The translations under genes were made by a program, and so were the position numbers. Positions 1-9,280 of a stretch of 64,000 bases of DNA are shown in pieces. This DNA is from an uncultured Nitrospiraceae bacterium (GTDB lineage: Bacteria; Nitrospirota; Nitrospiria; Nitrospirales; Nitrospiraceae), in contig CAWJWJ010000002.1 of NCBI GenBank assembly GCA_963846575.1, positions 288,001-352,000 on the forward strand. The letters run 5' to 3'. Within the stretch, counting starts at the first letter, position 1. The number at the start of each line of letters is the position of its first letter. The notes beneath the pieces are model-generated. The model had not been told where the DNA came from. It saw only the letters and a program-made list of their open reading frames with translations, and did not search any database.

Positions 1-106
1 GGATTCAGCTGCCACAACAAACCACTGGTTCCTCTCGCCTTGATTCGGTATAGTCCGCTCCTTACGCGCACTGTATTAGTATTTCGTTACTCAGTCAGGT
101 CACGTT

Positions 107-2926
107 ATGGACTATAAAGCGACTCTCAATCTGCCGAAGACCGACTTTCCGATGAAGGCGAATCTGCCGCAGCGGGAACCGGAGATGCTCGCGCGATGGG
201 ACCAGGAGCGGTTGTACGAGCGCATTCAGGAATCCCGCCAGGGCTTTCCGCGATATGTTCTTCACGACGGTCCGCCGTACGCGAACGGGCGTATCCACAT
301 CGGTCATGCGCTGAACAAAATTTTGAAAGATATTATCGTCAAATCCAAGACGATGTCCGGTTATCACGTGCCTTATGTGCCGGGTTGGGATTGTCACGGC
401 TTGCCGATCGAACATCAGGTGCTGAAGGAACTCGGCGACAAAAAGCGAGATTTGGATGCCCTCGCGATCCGCAAGCTTTGTAAGGAGTACGCCGAAAGAT
501 ATGTTGCGATTCAGCGGGAGGAGTTCCAGCGGCTGGGTGTCTTGGGTGATTGGCAGCAGCCCTATCTCACGTTGCATCCCTCCTATGAGGCCACCATCCT
601 GCGCGAGTTCGGCGGGTTCGTCGAACGGGGCGGGGTGTACAAGGGCTTGAAACCCGTCCTGTGGTGCACGCAAGACCAGACGGCGTTGGCGGAAGCCGAG
701 GTCGAGTACGACGACCATACCTCACCCTCGGTCTATGTGAAGTTTCCGCTCGTTAGTCCCCTCTCCCTATTGAGCAAGAGATTCGGCCCCCTTTCGTTTC
801 CTGTCGAAGCGACGCGCGCGTCAGTCTTGATTTGGACCACCACTCCCTGGACCTTGCCGGCGAACCAAGCCGTCTGCCTGCACGCCGACATCGACTACGC
901 CTTCGTGCAGGTCGGTGACGAGCTGCTGATCATAGCCGAGAAGCTGGTCGAGCCGGTCGCCAAGGCCTGTGATCTGCCGGCCTATACCATCGTCGGCGTG
1001 AAAAAGGGGGGCGAGGGTTTCGAAGGATTGGAGACGCAACGCCCACTCACCACCGGGCTTTCGCCGATCCTGCTGGGCGATTTTGTCACGTTGGAGCAGG
1101 GGACGGGTTGCGTCCATATCGCGCCGGGCCACGGCATGGAGGACTACCTGCTGGTGCTGGATCACAATGCGAAGTCCAGCGTGGGAGAGCGGCTTGAAAT
1201 CCTGGCGCCGGTGGACAACGGTGGAAAATTCACGGAGGTCGTGCAGGAGTTCGCCGGCCAGCATGTCTTCAAGGCGAACCCGAAAATCGTGGAGCGGCTC
1301 AAGGAGAACGGTCGCTTGCTCGGCCATGGTTCGCTGAAGCATTCCTATCCCCATTGCTGGCGGTGCAAACAGCCCGTCATCTTCCGCGCGACCGAACAAT
1401 GGTTTGTCTCGATGGATACCAACCACCTGCGTGCCGAGGCGCTGGCGGAGATCGATCGCGTGCAATGGGTGCCGCCTTGGGGCCAGGATCGGATCGAGGG
1501 TATGATCAAGAATCGCCCGGATTGGTGTCTCTCGCGCCAGCGGGTCTGGGGCACGCCGATTCCGGCGTTTACCTGCGTGAAGTGCGGGCATGTGCTGGCC
1601 CATCCCAGGGTGATCGATCATGTAGCGGATTTGATAGCCCGGTATGGCACGGACTACTGGTTTGCCAACCAGGCCGCAGCATTGCTCCCCGCCGACACGC
1701 AGTGCGAGGCCTGCGGCACCACGGCATTTGAAAAAGAACGCGACATTCTTGATGTCTGGTTCGAATCAGGCGTGAGTTATGCGGCGGTCCTGAAACCGCG
1801 CCATTGGTGGCCGGCCGACTTGTATTTGGAGGGATCTGACCAGCATCGCGGTTGGTTCCACAGCGCGTTGCTGGCCGGGGTGATCACTGATCGCAAAGCG
1901 CCCTACAAGGCGGTGCTGACGCACGGTTTCGTACTCGATGGCGCCGGACGAAAGATGTCGAAATCGGCGGGCAATGTCGTGGCGCCACAGGACGTGATCA
2001 AACAGTCCGGCGCGGAAATCCTCCGCTTGTGGGTCTCGGCGCAGGACTATCGTGAAGATTTGCGCATTTCTCCGGAGATTTTGACCCATCTCATCGAGGC
2101 CTATCGAAAGATCCGCAACACCTGTCGCTTTCTGCTGAGCAATCTTTACGATTTCGACCCCGCGAAGGACCGCGTCCCGTTCGAGCGGCTGCCCGAACTC
2201 GACCGATGGGCACTCATGCGGCTGGGAGATTTGATCCCGCGCGTGCGGAAGGGCTACGACGAGTTCGAGTTCCATACGATTTTCCATGCGCTGAACAACT
2301 TTTGTTCGGTGGACTTGAGCGCGGTCTATCTCGATATCCTGAAGGATCGCCTCTACACCTTCCGCAAGGATTCGCCTCTGCGACGGGGCTCGCAGACCGT
2401 GCTCTTCGAGATCCTGGTGGCGTTGACGAAGCTGATGGCGCCGGTCCTGAGCTTCACGGCAGATGAAATCTGGCGGATGTTGCCCGATGCAGTGCGGAGG
2501 GATGCGAAAGCCGACAGTGTGCATCTGGCGATGTTTCCGGAAGTCGACTCGCGATGGGATGATTCGAAGCTGGCTGAGCGCTGGGAGCAGCTTCTCGAGG
2601 TGCGAACGACGGTCCAGGCAGCACTGGAAGTGCAACGCCGGGATAAGGTCATCGGGGCGCCGCTCGAAGCGAGGGTCGTGATTGAAGCTCAGCCCGCTTT
2701 GTATGATTTGATGAAGACATACGGGCAGGATCTCCCCGCGTTTTTCATCGTGTCGGATGTGGTGTTGAAGGACCTCCCGGACGTGCCCGACGCCCCGGCG
2801 GTCATCATTGCCGTGGAGAAGGCGACCGGCGCGAAGTGCGGGCGGTGTTGGAACTACCGGTCGGCCGTGGGGACATTTCCCGACCATCCGACACTCTGCG
2901 AGCGCTGCGTGGAGGCGGTTCGTTGA
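107..2926 (+). CDS. ileS: Isoleucyl-tRNA synthetase (bacterial type 1)
   Basis: HDGPPYANG..HIGH, GWDCHGLPIE, WTTTPWTLP, KMSKS, C-terminal CGRC..CERC zinc finger; followed by lspA. Confidence 0.98.
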   Translation: MDYKATLNLPKTDFPMKANLPQREPEMLARWDQERLYERIQESRQGFPRYVLHDGPPYANGRIHIGHALNKILKDIIVKSKTMSGYHVPYVPGWDCHGLPIEHQVLKELGDKKRDLDALAIRKLCKEYAERYVAIQREEFQRLGVLGDWQQPYLTLHPSYEATILREFGGFVERGGVYKGLKPVLWCTQDQTALAEAEVEYDDHTSPSVYVKFPLVSPLSLLSKRFGPLSFPVEATRASVLIWTTTPWTLPANQAVCLHADIDYAFVQVGDELLIIAEKLVEPVAKACDLPAYTIVGVKKGGEGFEGLETQRPLTTGLSPILLGDFVTLEQGTGCVHIAPGHGMEDYLLVLDHNAKSSVGERLEILAPVDNGGKFTEVVQEFAGQHVFKANPKIVERLKENGRLLGHGSLKHSYPHCWRCKQPVIFRATEQWFVSMDTNHLRAEALAEIDRVQWVPPWGQDRIEGMIKNRPDWCLSRQRVWGTPIPAFTCVKCGHVLAHPRVIDHVADLIARYGTDYWFANQAAALLPADTQCEACGTTAFEKERDILDVWFESGVSYAAVLKPRHWWPADLYLEGSDQHRGWFHSALLAGVITDRKAPYKAVLTHGFVLDGAGRKMSKSAGNVVAPQDVIKQSGAEILRLWVSAQDYREDLRISPEILTHLIEAYRKIRNTCRFLLSNLYDFDPAKDRVPFERLPELDRWALMRLGDLIPRVRKGYDEFEFHTIFHALNNFCSVDLSAVYLDILKDRLYTFRKDSPLRRGSQTVLFEILVALTKLMAPVLSFTADEIWRMLPDAVRRDAKADSVHLAMFPEVDSRWDDSKLAERWEQLLEVRTTVQAALEVQRRDKVIGAPLEARVVIEAQPALYDLMKTYGQDLPAFFIVSDVVLKDLPDVPDAPAVIIAVEKATGAKCGRCWNYRSAVGTFPDHPTLCERCVEAVR

Positions 2927-3444
2927 GCACATCCGTTCGCTATCTGCTGCTCGGATTGCTCAGTCTGGCGATCGTGGTGCTGGATCAGATCACGAAGGTG
3001 TACGTCATGCAGACGATGCGACTGCATGAGTCCATTGTGGTCATTTCCGATTTCTTCAGTATCACCTACATCCGCAACCCGGGGGCAGCTTTTGGTTTTC
3101 TGTCCTCCAGCAGCAGTACCTTCCGCTTTGTGTTCTTCGGGCTGACGTCGCTCTTTGCCGTGGGATTGCTGGGAACCATTCTGGTGCGGATGCCGAAACA
3201 CGACTGGCTGGGTCAGCTCAGCGTGGCGGCCATTCTTGGCGGGGCGATCGGCAATCTGCTGGATCGGTTGCGATACGGGGAGGTGATCGACTTTCTCGAT
3301 TTCTATGTTAACGGCTATCACTGGCCGGCCTTCAATGTGGCCGACTCCGCGATTACCGTCGGGGTCGTGTTTCTGATTCTCCACTTCGCCTTGGAAAAGC
3401 ATCCCGATGATGCTCCGCTTCTTCAGGAGAACCGCCCCTCTTAG
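2923..3444 (+). CDS. lspA: Lipoprotein signal peptidase II
   Basis: DQITK, NPGAAF, GNLLDR, VIDF, FNVAD motifs; TTG start overlaps ileS stop (TTGA), GGAGG at 2911-2915. Confidence 0.96.
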   Translation: MSTSVRYLLLGLLSLAIVVLDQITKVYVMQTMRLHESIVVISDFFSITYIRNPGAAFGFLSSSSSTFRFVFFGLTSLFAVGLLGTILVRMPKHDWLGQLSVAAILGGAIGNLLDRLRYGEVIDFLDFYVNGYHWPAFNVADSAITVGVVFLILHFALEKHPDDAPLLQENRPS

Positions 3445-3771
3445 GGCGCGGTGGTAGATTCCCCGGGCCCTCCAGACACCGATCAGGTCTCCAGTCACGA
3501 ATCGGTGTGGCTCCCCGGCAGGGGAGAACGAACGAACCCGTTCAGCCCGTTCTCGTACGTGACGCCAACACCTTACTCAGAACAAGTCGTGCCGCAGGAC
3601 GCTTGAAAGAATCGTCCGGCGACAGGGCACAGCCTGACTGTCAGGTTGTCACGACCGGGTGCATGAGACGGGTGAATACGCAATTCGGCCGGCGCAGCCA
3701 TAACCAGATGGCTGACCGTCAGGGCACGGGGGGAGGTCGCCGGAGGGCTTTCCGGTAGTCGCTCCGAACGA

Positions 3772-4647
3772 CTAGCGCACGACGAGTAGCACCACGATGC
3801 CCAGCGCCATCCGGTAGTACGCAAATACGCTCAGGCTATGGCGTTGCACGAATGTGAGGAAGGCGGCAATCACGGCCCAGGCCACGGCGAAGGAGACGAC
3901 CAAGCCTATTCCCAGGGCGACGTAATCCTGCTGGGAGAAGGCCGCTTGCGATTTGAGCATTTGGTAGATCGTGGCGATAATCATCGTCGGAAGGGCTAAA
4001 AAGAACGAATATTCCGTCGCGACGCGCCGATCCAGCCCTGCCAGGAGGCCTCCGACGATGGTCGATCCGGAGCGGGACATACCGGGAATCAAGGAGACGC
4101 ATTGGGCCAGACCGATCCAGAGAGCCGAGCGGGGAGTGACCTGGAGCAGTTCTTTGACCTGCACACGGTTGTGCATTCGTTCGACCACCAGGATGACGAT
4201 GCCGCCGACGATCAATGAAGCCGCGACGGTCGAGGGGGTGAACAGATAAGCTTTTATCGACTTGTGCGCGACGAATCCCACAAGGGCTGCCGGCAGAAAC
4301 GCCAATCCCAATCCGATAACGAACCACAGGTTGGGGTGCACCTGAATGGACTTCTGAAGAAACGTGGTCCAGGGGGTGCTTCCACGGACCGCCATTAGTG
4401 ATCGAAATTCGCGCTGTTCACGGAGTGCATGGGACGCCAATGAGGCAAGCTTTGTGCGCTCGTAGGCGATGATGGCCAGAATCGCTCCCAATTGAATGGA
4501 AATCTCCACGTTGGAGGCGATCTCTCCTGTAAACCCGAGCGCGTGTCCGACGAGAATGAGATGTCCAGTCGAGGAGACGGGAAGAAATTCCGTCAGTCCT
4601 TCAATGATACCGAGAATGACGGCAAGCTCCGGGCCCCAGTTCATCAT
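3772..4647 (-). CDS. uppP: Undecaprenyl-diphosphate phosphatase
   Basis: EGLTEFLPVSSTGH, IQLGAILA, PGMSRSGSTI, EYSFFLALP. Confidence 0.96.
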   Translation of the reverse strand: MMNWGPELAVILGIIEGLTEFLPVSSTGHLILVGHALGFTGEIASNVEISIQLGAILAIIAYERTKLASLASHALREQREFRSLMAVRGSTPWTTFLQKSIQVHPNLWFVIGLGLAFLPAALVGFVAHKSIKAYLFTPSTVAASLIVGGIVILVVERMHNRVQVKELLQVTPRSALWIGLAQCVSLIPGMSRSGSTIVGGLLAGLDRRVATEYSFFLALPTMIIATIYQMLKSQAAFSQQDYVALGIGLVVSFAVAWAVIAAFLTFVQRHSLSVFAYYRMALGIVVLLVVR

Positions 4648-4819
4648 AATAGTACAAATAATAAGATGTGGTGGAGAGGCGGTGGTGTGTGGTTTCGCTG
4701 ACTAGTCCTGCATATTCCCAGACTGTTCTCCTGCAGTCAAGCGCCGTCGACTTTTGTACGGGAGGGGCCGCGGATGACGACGGGCATGGAGGACCGGCGC
4801 TCTCCAATCGGCAAACCTG

Positions 4820-4848
4820 TTGACAAAGCGGGGGTCTTGGCATACACA
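4820..4848 (+). promoter_or_regulatory. Putative sigma70 promoter of the 4901 gene
   Basis: TTGACA-N17-TACACA (imperfect -10). Confidence 0.45.
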
Positions 4849-4900
4849 CAACAAGAGGAAAAGAATCGGATAGGTCCTGATCGAACAGGGGGAGGGTCGC

Positions 4901-5632
4901 ATGAGGCACGTGTGGATGGCCGGGATCGCGCTCATGAGCGCAATCGCCGTCAGCGGATGCGTAAGTAATAAGAAATACAATGAGGTGCTTGCCGACGCGG
5001 ATGCTGCCAGGAGTGATCTGGAACGCACCCGTGCGCAGAAAAACGCGCTGGAGCAGCAGGTAAAAACGCTCAAGGATCTCAACGCAAAATTTGGTTCGGA
5101 AACTCAGATCGCCAGGGACGAACTCCAGCGTATCCAGCATGGGCGCGATAAGGAGCGTGACACCATCGATGTCCGGACCAAGGAGCTGGAAGACAAGGTC
5201 AAGCAGCTGACCGCACAAAACCGGAACGTTAAGCAGGAATATGACGAGGCCCGCCGGCATAACGAACAGCTAAAATCCCTGGTCGCACGCTACCAGAAAG
5301 AAATGAAGGAACGCGCCCGGTCGCTGTCACCGAATGTGACGCCTCCCGTTTCGAGCGCACCACGGTCTGGTTCTGGGACGTCCTCGACCCAATCAACATC
5401 AGCGGCTCCTCCACCGGCCGTCCCTGCGGAGGCTTCGCCGGCCGCTTCGTTGCTTAACATCAACAAGGTGCCTTCGTCAGATCTGGTACTTTCCTTGGGT
5501 GTGACTCAGGATGTGGCCGACCGGATCGTGAGCAACCGACCCTACAAGGTAAAGGGCGAACTAGTGGCCAAGAATGTGGTGCCAAAGGACGTGTTCGACG
5601 ACATCAAGGACCGCATCACCGTCAGTCCGTAA
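4901..5632 (+). CDS. Lipoprotein: coiled coil, Ser/Pro linker, C-terminal ComEA-like helix-hairpin-helix domain
   Basis: Lipobox VSGC; heptad-rich middle; LNINK..L..GV..A.RIV.NRPY..EL pattern of HhH_3; GGGGAGG SD. Confidence 0.7.
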   Translation: MRHVWMAGIALMSAIAVSGCVSNKKYNEVLADADAARSDLERTRAQKNALEQQVKTLKDLNAKFGSETQIARDELQRIQHGRDKERDTIDVRTKELEDKVKQLTAQNRNVKQEYDEARRHNEQLKSLVARYQKEMKERARSLSPNVTPPVSSAPRSGSGTSSTQSTSAAPPPAVPAEASPAASLLNINKVPSSDLVLSLGVTQDVADRIVSNRPYKVKGELVAKNVVPKDVFDDIKDRITVSP

Positions 5633-5672
5633 GTATCTGCACAGGTCCCGATCGTGGACCGAGAACGCGCCG

Positions 5673-5702
5673 GGGCCGTGTACCGTTAATGGTACACGGC
5701 CC
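5673..5702 (+). terminator. 12-bp perfect inverted repeat, probable terminator (or operator)
   Basis: GGGCCGTGTACC-GTTAAT-GGTACACGGCCC followed by TCGTTGT; weak U-tract. Confidence 0.5.
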
Positions 5703-5805
5703 TCGTTGTATCTGCCCGAATATCCGCCCGCAGGCTCCTTGCTGCATCGTAAAATCGTTTCCTGCTAGAATGCCGTCTTTGCCCGGCAGGAGGATGTTCT
5801 CGTTC

Positions 5806-7050
5806 ATGCGCCGCGTGAGTTTGATCATTGGAGTGCTTGCAATCGGGCTCGCTATCGCCGGGTACGTATTCTTTAACGGCGAGCGGCGGGTGCCGGTTCG
5901 GTATCGCACGGTTCCTGTCGAGCGAGGAACGATTGTCTCTCTTGTGACCGCGACGGGCACGATCAACCCGATCACGACCATTCAAGTCGGAAGTCAGGTG
6001 TCCGGCATGATCGAAAGTCTCCATGCCGATTTCAACTCCAAGGTGAAGGCAAACCAGGTCGTGGCGCGCATCGATCCATTTCCCTATCAGGCCCGGCGGG
6101 ATCAGGCCCTGGCCAGCCTGGCCAATGCGAAAGCGGCCTTCGATAAGGCACGGATCGATCTGGCGCAACGTCGGCGTGAATTGGATCGGGCTAAGTCACT
6201 GATCGGACAGCAATTCATTTCACAAAACGAAGTAGACGTCGCGCTGACGGCGTCCGAAGGCGCTGTGGCCCAACTGAAGGTGACCGAAGCCGCGGTCAAG
6301 CAGGCGGAGGCGATCTTGCAGGCGGCTGAGTTGGACTTGAAGTATACGGTGATCCGTTCCCCGGTTGACGGCGTGGTGATCTCCAGGCTGGTCGAGGTGG
6401 GGCAGCGAATTTCAGCGAGCTTTTCCATCCCCACCCTGTTTTTGATCGCGGAAGATGTGACGAAAATGCAGGTTGATACGAACGTCAGCGAAGCCGACAT
6501 CGGCGGCGTGGCAGAAGGGAAAGAGGCCTCATTTACCGTCGATGCCTATCCCGGAGAGCGGTTTCGCGGACGCGTCCGGCAGGTCAGGAATGCGCCGATC
6601 AATATCCAGAATGTGGTGACGTATGACGTCGTGGTCGAATTCGAGAATCCGGAGTTCCGTCTGAAGCCGGGGATGACCGCGAACGTGGCCATCGTCGTAG
6701 CGAAGAAGGAGCAGATTCTTAAGGTACCGAATGCGGCCCTGCGGTTCACCCCTCCGCGCGGCGCTCGAGAGGAAGGTGCTGCGGGTCGGCCTGTCGGCGC
6801 CGCCACCGGGATGGTGAGCCGTCAGCGTACGCTCTGGAAGCAGAACCTGACCGATGAGCTGGAGCCTGTGCCGGTGGAGATAGGGATTTCCGACGGAACC
6901 TATTCGGAAATCATCGCGACTGAGGTGACCGAGGGTGATCAGGTAGTGATCGGTATCGATACCGTCCGCGGAGATCGCAAGGGCGGAGAGCTGCCTCCTG
7001 GGTTCGGGTCCGGGCAGCCGCGCAGCTCCCGGCGTGATCGAGGCATCTGA
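5806..7050 (+). CDS. Efflux periplasmic adaptor (MacA-like)
   Basis: N-terminal TM, VGSQVSG, IRSPVDGVV, VSEADIG, LKPGMTA; start 5794 or 5806 after AGGAGG. Confidence 0.92.
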   Translation: MRRVSLIIGVLAIGLAIAGYVFFNGERRVPVRYRTVPVERGTIVSLVTATGTINPITTIQVGSQVSGMIESLHADFNSKVKANQVVARIDPFPYQARRDQALASLANAKAAFDKARIDLAQRRRELDRAKSLIGQQFISQNEVDVALTASEGAVAQLKVTEAAVKQAEAILQAAELDLKYTVIRSPVDGVVISRLVEVGQRISASFSIPTLFLIAEDVTKMQVDTNVSEADIGGVAEGKEASFTVDAYPGERFRGRVRQVRNAPINIQNVVTYDVVVEFENPEFRLKPGMTANVAIVVAKKEQILKVPNAALRFTPPRGAREEGAAGRPVGAATGMVSRQRTLWKQNLTDELEPVPVEIGISDGTYSEIIATEVTEGDQVVIGIDTVRGDRKGGELPPGFGSGQPRSSRRDRGI

Positions 7051-7250
7051 CAGGATGCCGCACCTCGATGCCGGCGGGTGACCACACCGGCGAAGGCCAT
7101 CCGTCGCATCCGGAACGGTTCCTTTCGCCCTGCCCAGGGGGAGACTCGACCGCCAAGAGCGACAGCGACCACCATGCCGATTTCGACTCTCCAGAGCTTT
7201 GCTTGTCGGCTAGACCGTGAACCCGTTCGCCATTCTAACGCAAGGCCAGT

Positions 7251-7961
7251 ATGGTTCCCCTGATCGTCTGTGAAGACATCTGGAAGATCTATCGGGTGGG
7301 CGACGTCGAGGTGCAGGCCTTGCGCGCGCTTGATCTCACCATCGATCGAGGCGAATTCGTCGCGGTAATGGGCACATCCGGATCAGGCAAATCGACGCTC
7401 ATGAACATTCTCGGCTGTCTGGATCAACCGACTCGCGGACGATACCGGCTGAACGGTCTGGAGGTGGGGAAGGCGAAACCGGACCTCTTGGCAGAGTTGC
7501 GCAATCGACAGATCGGATTCGTGTTCCAGAACTTCAATCTGATCCCCAGAACCAGTGCCCTGGAAAACGCTCAACTGCCGCTGTTTTATCGAGGTCTGTC
7601 GCTCAAGGAACAGCGGAGGCAGGCAGGGGCGGCATTACAGCGTGTTGGGCTGGACGGGCGTGAGCACCACTACCCTTCACAGCTTTCCGGAGGCCAACAA
7701 CAACGTGTGGCGATCGCGAGGGCCCTCGTCGGAAGTCCCTCCATTCTGTTCGCGGACGAACCCACCGGCAACCTCGATACCGCGTCGAGTCGGGAAATCA
7801 TGGACATCCTGGTCGAACTCAATCGCAAAGATGGAATTACAATCATTGTCGTCACGCACGAGGCGGATATTGCGGCCTACGCCTCTCGTGAACTCGTGAT
7901 GAAAGACGGTCAGGTCCTGCAGGATGTCCGTCGGGCCCCCCACCTCTCCGTCATGCAGTAG
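7251..7961 (+). CDS. ABC ATPase (MacB/LolD-like)
   Basis: [30 protein letters not shown]. Confidence 0.95.
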   Translation: MVPLIVCEDIWKIYRVGDVEVQALRALDLTIDRGEFVAVMGTSGSGKSTLMNILGCLDQPTRGRYRLNGLEVGKAKPDLLAELRNRQIGFVFQNFNLIPRTSALENAQLPLFYRGLSLKEQRRQAGAALQRVGLDGREHHYPSQLSGGQQQRVAIARALVGSPSILFADEPTGNLDTASSREIMDILVELNRKDGITIIVVTHEADIAAYASRELVMKDGQVLQDVRRAPHLSVMQ

Positions 7962-7968
7962 GGATACG

Positions 7969-9204
7969 ATGCTCGCCTTTATGTTGTTGACCGTCTTGAC
8001 CGCCTTGCGGATCCTAAGCCGAAACCGCATGCGTGCGGGCTTGACCATGCTCGGCATTGTGATCGGGGTGGGCGCCGTCATTGCCATGGTAAGTATCGGA
8101 CAGGGCGCCAGGGCGGCGGTGCAGGCGCAGGTTGCGAGTATGGGGACGAACGTCATCATCGTGATGCCGGGTTCCACGACCGTGAGTGGCGTCAGGGGAG
8201 GCCAGGGCGGAGCGGTGACGCTGACGGTCAGCGACGCCGCAGACCTGAAAAAGCGGAGTCCCTTGCTGTCCGACACCGGATGGGCAAGGCGGGAAGTGAT
8301 GCAAATCGTTAACGGGAACCGCAATTGGAACGGACCGGTGAATGGCATCTCACCAAGCTATCTCACCATCCGCGATTGGGCGTTTATGAGCGGGGGTGCG
8401 TTTACGCAATCTGATCTGGACGGTGCCGTCCGGGTGGCGTTGATCGGGCAAACGACACTGGAAAATCTGTTTGATCCGGGTGAGGAGGCGATCGGAGCGA
8501 CCATCCGGATTAAGAACGTGCCCTTCCAGATCGTCGGGGTCTTAGCTCCTAAGGGCCAATCAGCCCAAGGGTCCGATCAGGATGACGTCATCTTCATCCC
8601 CTTCACCACAGCCGAACGGAAGGTGTTCGGCAGCCAATTTCTCGGCTCAGTCGGGGCGTTATTCGCTTCAACCGAGCAGAGCGCCGATCTGCCTGAGGCC
8701 GTGGAGCATGTTCGGGAAGTACTCCGGGGACGCCACCGATTGCAGCCTGGGCAGGCGGACGACTTCACCATCCGTACGCAAGTCGATATTGGAAAAGTGC
8801 AGGAAAGCACGAGTCAGACCCTCACGGTCATGCTGTTTGCCATCGCTTCGGTGTCGCTGCTGGTGGGCGGCATCGGCATCATGAACATTCTGCTTGTCTC
8901 GGTTACGGAGCGAACGAGAGAGATCGGGATACGCATGGCGGTCGGCGCCAAGCGCGTGCATATCCTCATGCAGTTTCTCATTGAGGCCGTCACTCTGAGT
9001 CTGGTGGGCGGACTCATCGGAGTGGTTGTGGGTATCGCTGGTGCCCTCCTGACAACTGCGATCGCGGGATGGCCGACGATTATTGCCCTTGATTCCATCG
9101 TCAGCGCTTGTATCTTCTCACTAGCCGTCGGACTATTTTTCGGCCTGTACCCCGCCAATAAGGCTGCACGGCTCAATCCCATCGACGCGCTACGCTACGA
9201 ATAG
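7969..9204 (+). CDS. ABC permease (MacB/FtsX family)
   Basis: LTMLGIVIGV, GGIGIMNI..SVTERTREIGIR.AVGA, C-terminal LNPIDALRYE. Confidence 0.94.
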   Translation: MLAFMLLTVLTALRILSRNRMRAGLTMLGIVIGVGAVIAMVSIGQGARAAVQAQVASMGTNVIIVMPGSTTVSGVRGGQGGAVTLTVSDAADLKKRSPLLSDTGWARREVMQIVNGNRNWNGPVNGISPSYLTIRDWAFMSGGAFTQSDLDGAVRVALIGQTTLENLFDPGEEAIGATIRIKNVPFQIVGVLAPKGQSAQGSDQDDVIFIPFTTAERKVFGSQFLGSVGALFASTEQSADLPEAVEHVREVLRGRHRLQPGQADDFTIRTQVDIGKVQESTSQTLTVMLFAIASVSLLVGGIGIMNILLVSVTERTREIGIRMAVGAKRVHILMQFLIEAVTLSLVGGLIGVVVGIAGALLTTAIAGWPTIIALDSIVSACIFSLAVGLFFGLYPANKAARLNPIDALRYE

Positions 9205-9280
9205 CGGCCCAAGTCAGCCGGCCGTTGTCGGCGTAGTCTCTAGATCGAATGATGAGATTGGCGCGGAACGGGGAGGGCCA

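Noticed and set aside
95..3498. Long antisense ORFs over ileS/lspA, and similar shadows over trxB, the kinases and the glucosidases
   Set aside because: Mirror frames of GC-rich real genes; no motifs or start signals
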